The notes under the pieces: generated by a model
Seen by the model: the letters and a program-made list of their open reading frames with translations, nothing else
What the model was told of the DNA's origin: nothing
Database searches by the model: none
Made by a program: the position numbers and the translations under genes
In this document: piece after piece, positions 11,201 to 22,531 of the stretch
Position numbering within the stretch: the stretch's first letter is position 1
Layout: each line of letters opens with the position of its first letter
Assembly: GCF_006345805.1 (NCBI RefSeq)
Contig: NW_021835571.1
Span: 1 to 27,896, forward strand
Length of the DNA stretch: 27,896 nucleotides
Direction: 5' to 3'
Source: Octopus sinensis
Taxonomy: Eukaryota

Positions 11201-14200
11201 CATATATCCGGTAAATGGCGGGCTTTTTACGAACTGCATGTCGGGTAATGAAAAGTATTTCGGAATAAGTTTAACAATTAAGGATAATCTCTTAATAAGG
11301 GATCTTAACAAGAAATTATCGGGTAGCTAGCGTGAAAACCTCATAAAGAAAAGAATCCGAAAATAATTTTTTCTTTTGAACAAATTAATTATATCTATAT
11401 TGTATAAAGGGCATTATTACACATAAATGCCTCACACTAGGAGGGACAAAGTCATTACTACAAAAATTATACTAATCATACCCAAATGCAGTTTTTCAAA
11501 GCAAGACATTTAAAAATGAATTATGTTCTGTATCACCGTGATTTCACATACAACTTGCGTCTAATGATCGTCAGCAGAACTGATTCTGAATACATCATAA
11601 ATAAACCAACCTTATGTAGCGAAGACGAACAGACAACTGTTCACTCCGGCCAAGCACATGGAATGTTTATAATCATATATCCGGTAAATGGCGGGCTTTT
11701 TACGAACTGCATGTCGGGTAATGAAAAGTATTTCGGAATAAGTTTAACAATTAAGGATAATCTCTTAATAAGGGATCTTAACAAGAATTATCGGGTAGCT
11801 AGCGTGAAAACCTCATAAAAGAAAAGAATCCGAAAATAATTTTTTTCTTTTGAACAAATTAATTATATCTATATTGTATAAAGGGCATTATTACACATAA
11901 ATGCCTCACACTAGGAGGGACAAAGTCATTACTACAAAAATTATACTAATCATACCCAAATGCAGTTTTTCAAAGCAAGACATTTAAAAATGAATTATGT
12001 CTGTATCACCGTGATTTCACATACAACTTGCGTCTAATGATCGTCAGCAGAACTGATTCTGAATACATCATAAATAAACCAACCTTATGTAGCGAAGACG
12101 AACAGACAACTGTTCACTCCGGCCAAGCACATGGAATGTTTATAAATCATATATCCGGTAAATGGCGGGCTTTTTACGAACTGCATGTCGGGTAATGAAA
12201 AGTATTTCGGAATAAGTTTAACAATTAAGGATAATCTCTTAATAAGGGATCTTAACAAGAAATTATCGGGTAGCTAGCGTGAAAACCTCATAAAAGAAAA
12301 GAATCCGAAAATAATTTTTTTCTTTTGAACAATTAATTATATCTATATTGTATAAAGGGCATTATTACACATAATGCCTCACACTAGGAGGGACAAAGTC
12401 ATTACTACAAAAATTATACTAATCATACCAAATGCAGTTTTTCAAAGCAAGACATTTAAAAATGAATTATGTCTGTATCACCGTGATTTCACATACAACT
12501 TGCGTCTAATGATCGTCAGCAGAACTGATTCTGAATACATCATAAATAAACCAACCTTATGTAGCGAAGACGAACAGACAACTGTTCACTCCGGCCAAGC
12601 ACATGGAATGTTTATAAATCATATATCCGGTAAATGGCGGGCTTTTTACGAACTGCATGTCGGGTAATGAAAAGTATTTCGGAATAAGTTTAACAATTAA
12701 GGATAATCTCTTAATAAGGGATCTTAACAAGAAATTATCGGGTAGCTAGCGTGAAAACCTCATAAAAGAAAAGAATCCGAAAATAATTTTTTTCTTTTGA
12801 ACAAATTAATTATATCTATATTGTATAAGGGCATTATTACACATAAATGCCTCACACTAGGAGGGACAAAGTCATTACTACCAAAATTATACTAATCATA
12901 CCCAAATGCAGTTTTTCAAAGCAAGACATTTAAAAATGAATTATGTTCTGTATCACCGTGATTTCACATACAACTTGCGTCTAATGATCGTCAGCAGAAC
13001 TGATTCTGAATACATCATAAATAAACCAACCTTATGTAGCGAAGACGAACAGACAACTGTTCACTCCGGCCAAGCACATGGAATGTTTATAAATCATATA
13101 TCCGGTAAATGGCGGCTTTTTACGAACTGCATGTCGGGTAATGAAAAGTATTTCGGAATAAGTTTAACAATTAAGGATAATCTCTTAATAAGGGATCTTA
13201 ACAAGAAATTATCGGGTAGCTAGCGTGAAAACCTCATAAAGAAAAGAATCCGAAAATAATTTTTTTCTTTTGAACAATTAATTATATCTATATTGTATAA
13301 AGGGCATTATTACACATAAATGCCTCACACTAGGAGGGACAAAGTCATTACTACCAAAAATTATACTAATCATACCCAAATGCAGTTTTTCAAAGCAAGA
13401 CATTTAAAAATGAATTATGTTCTGTATCACCGTGATTTCACATACAACTTGCGTCTAATGATCGTCAGCAGAACTGATTCTGAATACATCATAAATAAAC
13501 CAACCTTATGTAGCGAAGACGAACAGACAACTGTTCACTCCGGCCAAGCACATGGAATGTTTATAAATCATATATCCGGTAAATGGCGGGCTTTTTACGA
13601 ACTGCATGTCGGGTAATGAAAAGTATTTCGGAATAAGTTTAACAATTAAGGATAATCTCTTAATAAGGGATCTTAACAAGAATTATCGGGTAGCTAGCGT
13701 GAAAACCTCATAAAAGAAAAGAATCCGAAAATATTTTTTTCTTTTGAACAAATTAATTATATCTATATTGTATAAGGGCATTATTACACATAAATGCCTC
13801 ACACTAGGAGGGACAAAGTCATTACTACCAAAAATTATACTAATCATACCCAAATGCAGTTTTTCAAAGCAAGACATTTAAAAATGAATTATGTTCTGTA
13901 TCACCGTGATTTCACATACAACTTGCGTCTAATGATCGTCAGCAGAACTGATTCTGAATACATCATAAATAAACCAACCTATGTAGCGAAGACGAACAGA
14001 CAACTGTTCACTCCGGCCAAGCACATGGAATGTTTATAAATCATATATCCGGTAAATGGCGGGCTTTTTACGAACTGCATGTCGGGTAATGAAAAGTATT
14101 TCGGAATAAGTTTAACAATTAAGGATAATCTCTTAATAAGGGATCTTAACAAGAAATTATCGGGTAGCTAGCGTGAAAACCTCATAAAAGAAAAGAATCC

Positions 14201-17200
14201 GAAAATAATTTTTTTCTTTTGAACAATTAATTATATCTATATTGTATAAAGGCATTATTACACATAAATGCCTCACACTAGGAGGGACAAAGTCATTACT
14301 ACCAAAAATTATACTAATCATACCCAAATGCAGTTTTTCAAAGCAAGACATTTAAAAAATGAATTATGTTCTGTATCACCGTGATTTCACATACAACTTG
14401 CGTCTAATGATCGTCAGCAGAACTGATTCTGAATACATCATAAATAAACCAACCTTATGTAGCGAAGACGAACAGACAACTGTTCACTCCGGCCAAGCAC
14501 ATGGAATGTTTATAAATCATATATCCGGTAAATGGCGGGCTTTTTACGAACTGCATGTCGGGTAATGAAAAGTATTTCGGAATAAGTTTAACAATTAAGG
14601 ATAATCTCTTAATAAGGGATCTTAACAAGAAATTATCGGGTAGCTAGCGTGAAAACCTCATAAAAGAAAAGAATCCGAAAATAATTTTTTCTTTTGAACA
14701 AATTAATTATATCTATATTGTATAAAGGGCATTATTACACATAATGCCTCACACTAGGAGGGACAAAGTCATTACTACAAAAATTATACTAATCATACCC
14801 AATGCAGTTTTTTCAAAGCAAGACATTTAAAAATGAATTATGTTCTGTATCACCGTGATTTCACATACAACTTGCGTCTAATGATCGTCAGCAGAACTGA
14901 TTCTGAATACATCATAAATAAACCAACCTTATGTAGCGAAGACGAACAGACAACTGTTCACTCCGGCCAAGCACATGGAATGTTTATAATCATATATCCG
15001 GTAAATGGCGGGCTTTTTACGAACTGCATGTCGGGTAATGAAAAGTATTTCGGAATAAGTTTAACAATTAAGGATAATCTCTTAATAAGGGATCTTAACA
15101 AGAAATTATCGGGTAGCTAGCGTGAAAACCTCATAAAAGAAAAGAATCCGAAAATAATTTTTTTCTTTTGAACAAATTAATTATATCTATATTGTATAAA
15201 GGGCATTATTACACATAAATGCCTCACACTAGGAGGGACAAAGTCATTACTACCAAAAATTATACTAATCATACCCAAATGCAGTTTTTCAAAGCAAGAC
15301 ATTTAAAAATGAATTATGTTCTGTATCACCGTGATTTCACATACAACTTGCGTCTAATGATCGTCAGCAGAACTGATTCTGAATACATCATAAATAAACC
15401 AACCTTATGTAGCGAAGACGAACAGACAACTGTTCACTCCGGCCAAGCACATGGAATGTTTATAAATCATATATCCGGTAAATGGCGGGCTTTTTACGAA
15501 CTGCATGTCGGGTAATGAAAAGTATTTCGGAATAAGTTTAACAATTAAGGATAATCTCTTAATAAGAAATTATCGGGTAGCTAGCGTGAAAACCTCATAA
15601 AAGAAAAGAATCCGAAAATAATTTTTTTCTTTTGAACAAATTAATTATATCTATATTGTATAAAGGGCATTATTACACATAAATGCCTCACACTAGGAGG
15701 GACAAAGTCATTACTACCAAAATTATACTAATCATACCCAAATGCAGTTTTTCAAAGCAAGACATTTAAAATGAATTATGTTCTGTATCACCGTGATTTC
15801 ACATACAACTTGCGTCTAATGATCGTCAGCAGAACTGATTCTGAATACATCATAAATAAACCAACCTTATGTAGCGAAGACGAACAGACAACTGTTCACT
15901 CCGGCCAAGCACATGGAATGTTTATAAATCATATATCCGGTAAATGGCGGGCTTTTTACGAACTGCATGTCGGGTAATGAAAAGTATTTCGGAATAAGTT
16001 TAACAATTAAGGATAATCTCTTAATAGGGATCTTAACAAGAAATTATCGGGTAGCTAGCGTGAAAACCTCATAAAAGAAAAGAATCCGAAAATAATTTTT
16101 TCTTTTGAACAAATTAATTATATCTATATTGTATAAAGGGCATTATTACACATAAATGCCTCACACTAGGAGGGACAAAGTCATTACTACCAAAATTATA
16201 CTAATCATACCCAAATGCAGTTTTTCAAAGCAAGACATTTAAAAATGAATATGTTCTGTATCACCGTGATTTCACATACAACTTGCGTCTAATGATCGTC
16301 AGCAGAACTGATTCTGAATACATCATAAATAACCAACCTTATGTAGCGAAGACGAACAGACAACTGTTCACTCCGGCCAAGCACATGGAATGTTTATAAA
16401 TCATATATCGGTAAATGGCGGGCTTTTTACGAACTGCATGTCGGGTAATGAAAAGTATTTCGGAATAAGTTTAACAATTAAGGATAATCTCTTAATAAGG
16501 GATCTTAACAAGAAATTATCGGGTAGCTAGCGTGAAAACCTCATAAAAGAAAAGAATCCGAAAATAATTTTTTTCTTTTGAACAAATTAATTATATCTAT
16601 ATTGTATAAAGGGCATTATTACACATAAATGCCTCACACTAGGAGGGACAAAGTCATTACTACCAAAAATTATACTAATCATACCCAAATGCAGTTTTTC
16701 AAAGCAAGACATTTAAAAATGAATTATGTCTGTATCACCGTGATTTCACATACAACTTGCGTCTAATGATCGTCAGCAGAACTGATTCTGAATACATCAT
16801 AAATAAACCAACCTTATGTAGCGAAGACGAACAGACAACTGTTCACTCCGGCCAAGCACATGGAATGTTTATAAATCATATATCCGGTAAATGGCGGGCT
16901 TTTTACGAACTGCATGTCGGGTAATGAAAAGTATTTCGGAATAAGTTAACAATTAAGGATAATCTCTTAATAAGGGATCTTAACAAGAATTATCGGGTAG
17001 CTAGCGTGAAAACCTCATAAAAGAAAAGAATCCGAAAATAATTTTTTTCTTTTGAACAAATTAATTATATCTATATTGTATAAGGGCATTATTACACATA
17101 ATGCCTCACACTAGGAGGGACAAAGTCATTACTACCAAAAATTATACTAATCATACCCAAATGCAGTTTTTCAAAGCAAGACATTTAAAATGAATTATGT

Positions 17201-19571
17201 TCTGTATCACCGTGATTTCACATACAACTTGCGTCTAATGATCGTCAGCAGAACTGATTCTGAATACATCATAAATAAACCAACCTTATGTAGCGAAGAC
17301 GAACAGACAACTGTTCACTCCGGCCAAGCACATGGAATGTTTATAAATCATATATCCGGTAAATGGCGGCTTTTTACGAACTGCATGTCGGGTAATGAAA
17401 AGTATTTCGGAATAAGTTTAACAATTAAGGATAATCTCTTAATAAGGGATCTTAACAAGAAATTATCGGGTAGCTAGCGTGAAAACCTCATAAAAGAAAA
17501 GAATCCGAAAATAATTTTTTTCTTTTGAACAAATTAATTATATCTATATTGTATAAAGGGCATTATTACACATAAATGCCTCACACTAGGAGGGACAAAG
17601 TCATTACTACCAAAAATTATACTAATCATACCCAAATGCAGTTTTTCAAAGCAAGACATTTAAAAATGAATTATGTTCTGTATCACCGTGATTTCACATA
17701 CAACTTGCGTCTAATGATCGTCAGCAGAACTGATTCTGAATACATCATAAATAACCAACCTTATGTAGCGAAGACGAACAGACAACTGTTCACTCCGGCC
17801 AAGCACATGGAATGTTTATAAATCATATATCCGGTAAATGGCGGGCTTTTTACGAACTGCATGTCGGGTAATGAAAAGTATTTCGGAATAAGTTTAACAA
17901 TTAAGGATAATCTCTTAATAAGGGATCTTAACAAGAATTATCGGGTAGCTAGCGTGAAAACCTCATAAAAGAAAAGAATCCGAAAATAATTTTTTCTTTT
18001 GAACAAATTAATTATATCTATATTGTATAAAGGGCATTATTACACATAAATGCCTCACACTAGGAGGGACAAAGTCATTACTACCAAAAATTATACTAAT
18101 CATACCCAAATGCAGTTTTTCAAAGCAAGACATTTAAAAATGAATTATGTTCTGTATCACCGTGATTTCACATACAACTTGCGTCTAATGATCGTCAGCA
18201 GAACTGATTCTGAATACATCATAAATAAACCAACCTTATGTAGCGAAGACGAACAGACAACTGTTCACTCCGGCCAAGCACATGGAATGTTTATAAATCA
18301 TATATCCGGTAAATGGCGGGCTTTTTACGAACTGCATGTCGGGTAATGAAAAGTATTTCGGAATAAGTTTAACAATTAAGGATAATCTCTTAATAAGGGA
18401 TCTTAACAAGAATTATCGGGTAGCTAGCGTGAAAACCTCATAAAAGAAAAGAATCCGAAAATAATTTTTTTCTTTGAACAAATTAATTATATCTATATTG
18501 TATAAAGGGCATTATTACACATAAATGCCTCACACTAGGAGGGACAAAGTCATTACTACCAAAATTATACTAATCATACCCAATGCAGTTTTTTCAAAGC
18601 AAGACATTTAAAAAATGAATTATGTTCTGTATCACCGTGATTTCACATACAACTTGCGTCTAATGATCGTCAGCAGAACTGATTCTGAATACATCATAAA
18701 TAAACCAACCTATGTAGCGAAGACGAACAGACAACTGTTCACTCCGGCCAAGCACATGGAATGTTTATAAATCATATATCCGGTAAATGGCGGGCTTTTT
18801 ACGAACTGCATGTCGGGTAATGAAAAGTATTTCGGAATAAGTTTAACAATTAAGGATAATCTCTTAATAAGGGATCTTAACAAGAATTATCGGGTAGCTA
18901 GCGTGAAAACCTCATAAAAGAAAAGAATCCGAAAATAATTTTTTTCTTTTGAACAAATTAATTATATCTATATTGTATAAAGGGCATTATTACACATAAA
19001 TGCCTCACACTAGGAGGGACAAAGTCATTACTACCAAAAATTATACTAATCATACCCAAATGCAGTTTTTCAAAGCAAGACATTTAAAAATGAATTATGT
19101 TCTGTATCACCGTGATTTCACATACAACTTGCGTCTAATGATCGTCAGCAGAACTGATTCTGAATACATCATAAATAACCAACCTTATGTAGCGAAGACG
19201 AACAGACAACTGTTCACTCGGCCAAGCACATGGAATGTTTATAAATCATATATCCGGTAAATGGCGGGCTTTTTACGAACTGCATGTCGGGTAATGAAAA
19301 GTATTTCGGAATAAGTTTAACAATTAAGGATAATCTCTTAATAAGGGATCTTAACAAGAAATTATCGGGTAGCTAGCGTGAAAACCTCATAAAGAAAAGA
19401 ATCCGAAAATAATTTTTTTCTTTTGAACAAATAATTATATCTATATTGTATAAAGGGCATTATTACACATAAATGCCTCACACTAGGAGGGACAAAGTCA
19501 TTACTACCAAAAATTATACTAATCATACCCAAATGCAGTTTTTCAAAGCAAGACATTTAAAAATGAATTAT

Positions 19572-19627
19572 GTTCTGTATCACCGTGATTTCACATACAA
19601 CTTGCGTCTAATGATCGTCAGCAGAAC
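19572..19627 (-). ncRNA. Type I hammerhead ribozyme (last minus-strand copy)
   Basis: Identical to the 8210-8265 motif. Confidence 0.85.
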
Positions 19628-19921
19628 TGATTCTGAATACATCATAAATAACCAACCTTATGTAGCGAAGACGAACAGACAACTGTTCACTCCGGCCAAG
19701 CACATGGAATGTTTATAAATCATATATCCGGTAAATGGCGGGCTTTTTACGAACTGCATGTCGGGTAATGAAAAGTATTTCGGAATAAGTTTAACAATTA
19801 AGGATAATCTCTTAATAAGGGATCTTAACAAGAAATTATCGGGTAGCTAGCGTGAAAACCTCATAAAAGAAAAGAATCCGAAAATAATTTTTTTCTTTTG
19901 AACAAATTAATTATATCTATA

Positions 19922-20494
19922 TTTGAAAAACTGCATTTGGGTATGATTAGTATAATTTTTGGTAGTAATGACTTTGTCCCTCCTAGTGTGAGGCATTTAT
20001 GTGTAATAATGCCCTTTATACAATATAGATATAATTAATTTGTTCAAAAGAAAAAAATTATTTTCGGATTCTTTTCTTTTATGAGGTTTTCACGCTAGCT
20101 ACCGATAATTTCTTGTTAAGATCCCTTATTAAGAGATTATCCTTAATTGTTAAACTTATTCCGAAATACTTTTCATTACCCGACATGCAGTTCGTAAAAA
20201 GCCCGCCATTTACCGGATATATGATTTATAAACATTCCATGTGCTTGGCCGGAGTGAACAGTTGTCTGTTCGTCTTCGCTACATAAGGTTGGTTTATTTA
20301 TGATGTATTCAGAATCAGTTCTGCTGACGATCATTAGACGCAGTTGTATGTGAAATCACGGTGATACAGAACATAATTCATTTTTAAATGTCTTGCTTTG
20401 AAAAACTGCATTTGGGTATGATTAGTATAATTTTTGGTAGTAATGACTTTGTCCCTCCTAGTGTGAGGCATTTATGTGTAATAATGCCCTTTAT

Positions 20495-20502
<8 letters not shown>
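19922..20502 (+). repeat. Inverted 1.2-unit arm of the 475-bp repeat
   Basis: Reverse complement of the array unit, starting tttgaaaaactgcatttggg and ending gccctttatacaatata, then (TA)n. Confidence 0.96.
20318..20372 (+). ncRNA. Type I hammerhead ribozyme, plus-strand copy in the inverted arm
   Basis: GTTCTG CTGACGA TCATTAGACGCAGTTGTATGT GAAA TCACGGTGA TA CAGAAC. One A is missing from loop II, which could be real or a consensus error. Confidence 0.82.
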
Positions 20503-20526
<24 letters not shown>

Positions 20527-20582
20527 CGTTTAAATATTTGTTGTGCAAGATTTTTTATGTAAAGTCGTGTGTTGAAACAGAT

Positions 20583-20853
20583 ATTGTTATATTTCGGAAT
20601 GGTCATATTCCCAGTTTAGCCAATAAAAACACACGTACTATATATTTGGCGTTATTTTGCTTCAGTGTTATAAGAAAGAAGAAAACAAAGGACCACTGAT
20701 GCGGTCACAGGAGTGTGACGAAAGAACTCTGGCCGAAATAAGATTAAGATTAATGTAAAAAATAAATAACACTGAAGCAAATAACACCAAATATATAGTG
20801 CGTGTGTTTTTATTGGCTAAACTGGCAAAATGACCATTCCGAAATATAACAAT
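20583..20853. mobile_element. Penelope-like terminal remnant: ~88-bp inverted arms (20583-20671 / 20766-20853) enclosing a decayed hammerhead (20690-20734, +)
   Basis: Arms are reverse complements with a few mismatches. The spacer contains GGACCA-CTGATGC-G-GTCACA GGAG TGTGAC-GAAA-G AA C-TC-TGGCC. The insert is flanked by (TA)n. Confidence 0.6.
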
Positions 20854-20879
20854 TATATATATAATATATATTATATATA

Positions 20880-20923
<44 letters not shown>

Positions 20924-20958
20924 AATGAATCTATATATATATATTATATATAAATGAA

Positions 20959-21002
<44 letters not shown>

Positions 21003-21105
21003 ACTGAATATATAATATATAATATATATATGTAATATATTCATTTATATATATATATTATATATATATATATAATGAATCTATATATATATATATAAAT
21101 GAATG

Positions 21106-21185
<80 letters not shown>

Positions 21186-21324
21186 CATTCATTTACCTTT
21201 CTATCTCAAGTTAACCAACATGAATATTGGAACACATTAAAAGGGCAATTCAGATAATTTATTTTCGTTAAGAATCAAATTCCTATTTTATAATTTAACA
21301 TTTTCTCGGGACCTAAGGTAACAA

Positions 21325-21490
21325 AACCGTTAGTGCGTCGTTCAAATGCTGAGTAGCCTTTCTGGTGGTTCTTTACGTTCTGAGTTCAAATTCCACCAAG
21401 GTCGACTTTACCTTTCGTTCTTTGAGGGTCGATAAAAGAAATATCACAAATTCCAGGCCTCGTGCCCATGGCAGAAGGGATTATTATTAT
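21325..21490 (+). mobile_element. Family A SINE, diverged and internally deleted
   Basis: B box GAGTTCAAATTCC, 'ggtcgacttt' core and (ATT)n tail. Confidence 0.7.
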
Positions 21491-21706
21491 GGCGGTGAGC
21501 TGGCAGAATCGTTAGCACACCGGACGAGATGTTTAACAGTATTTCACGCATCGCTACGTTCTGAGTTCAAATTCCGCCCAGGTCGACTTTGCCTTTTATC
21601 CTTTCGGGGTCGATAAAACAAGTACTGGGGTCGATATAATGGACTGTCCCCCTCCTTCAAACTTTCAGGCCTTGTGCCTCAAGTAGAAAGGATTATTATT
21701 ATTATT
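21491..21706 (+). mobile_element. Family A tRNA-derived SINE inserted in the tail of the preceding copy
   Basis: GGCGGTGAGCTGGCAGAATCGTTAG (A box), GAGTTCAAATTCC (B box) and (ATT)n tail. Confidence 0.85.
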
Positions 21707-21991
21707 TGATGTTTGACTTTTGCCTTACATTTGTACAAGTTGGCTCCAAATCACACCCAGAGGCCTCAAGAGACAACACGTTGGAAGTTCATGTTGGTGT
21801 TATGCCTAGTGTGCCATATATTTGGTTTTGTACTTAGTGTTGTTCTAGAGAATGTTTAAGAAACCATAAGAAAATTATGTTTGTTTTAAAACTTGAGATT
21901 ATATTGAAAGTATTTTGCGAAGGATATGAGCAGTTCCCATGAGCACTATCTTTTGAATTTCTGCCATTTTGGGGTTTCCTGGTATCTGAGC
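21707..21991 (-). mobile_element. 5'-truncated R4/Dong-like non-LTR retrotransposon (ORF C-terminus + 3' UTR)
   Basis: 21991-21899 translates AQIPGNPKMAEIQKIVLMGTAHILRKILSI*, resembling the C-terminus of R4/Dong-clade RLE ORFs. A ~190-nt 3' UTR ends in (TAA)n, and both flanks are (ATT)n. Confidence 0.7.
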
Positions 21992-22002
21992 TTATTATTA
22001 TA

Positions 22003-22040
<38 letters not shown>

Positions 22041-22063
22041 TATTATTATCATTATCATTATTA

Positions 22064-22127
<64 letters not shown>

Positions 22128-22135
22128 CATTATTA

Positions 22136-22223
<88 letters not shown>

Positions 22224-22240
22224 CATTATTATCATTATTA

Positions 22241-22284
<44 letters not shown>
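21992..22284. repeat. (ATT)n/(ATC) microsatellite
   Basis: Direct reading. Confidence 0.97.
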
Positions 22285-22289
22285 GTTAA

Positions 22290-22490
22290 GGCGGTGAGTT
22301 GGCAGAATCGTTAGTACGCTGGACGAAATGCTCAGCAGTATGTTCTGAGTTCAAATTTCGCTGAGGTCGACTTTGCCTTTTATCCTTTCAGGGTCGATGA
22401 AAATAAGTACCAGTTAAAAACTGGGTTCGATATAATCAATTAGTTTTGCCCCACCCCAAATTCAGGCTTTGTGCCTATAGTAAAAATAGG
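22290..22490 (+). mobile_element. Family A SINE
   Basis: Same head, B box and core as 21491. Confidence 0.8.
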
Positions 22491-22500
22491 GAAAAAAATA

Positions 22501-22531
22501 TACTAACCTTTACTTGTGGCTTATTTTTTAG
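22501..22531 (+). promoter_or_regulatory. Branch point (TACTAAC 22501-22507) and 3' splice site of SLC16-like intron 2
   Basis: Perfect branch-point consensus with the branch A 25 nt upstream of the end of the ttttttAG acceptor (22530-22531). Confidence 0.75.

Larger units (their letters stand above)
7951..19923 (-). repeat. Tandem array of ~25.3 near-identical ~475-bp units, each with a minus-strand hammerhead ribozyme (retrozyme-like satellite)
   Basis: The hammerhead anchor g(t)tctgtatcaccgtg occurs at 8210, 8683, 9153, 9626, 10101, 10576, 11051, 11525, 11999, 12471, 12945, 13419, 13893, 14368, 14842, 15318, 15780, 16253, 16728, 17199, 17675, 18149, 18624, 19099 and 19572. Mean spacing is ~473; the consensus is probably ~477. 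The left end abuts (TA)n. Confidence 0.97.

Noticed and set aside
9114-19718. Repeated 60-110 aa ORFs (MQFFKARHLKMNYVLYHRD...) in the array
   Set aside because: No recognisable domain, frames change with 1-nt indels, and they overlap the antisense of the ribozyme. Treated as incidental.
7951-19923. CRISPR array, or tandem 5S/tRNA/snRNA gene cluster
   Set aside because: No unique spacers, eukaryotic context, and no recognisable 5S, tRNA or snRNA sequence or A/B boxes in the unit.
19922-20502. Fold-back sequencing chimera as the cause of the inversion
   Set aside because: The junction is not a mirror palindrome, the far breakpoint matches the array end, and downstream exon 3 stays in the correct orientation and phase. 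It still needs read confirmation.
20588-20600. 11-nt tatttcggaat shared between the array unit and the neighbouring inverted-repeat insert
   Set aside because: Too short and AT-rich to establish a relationship.
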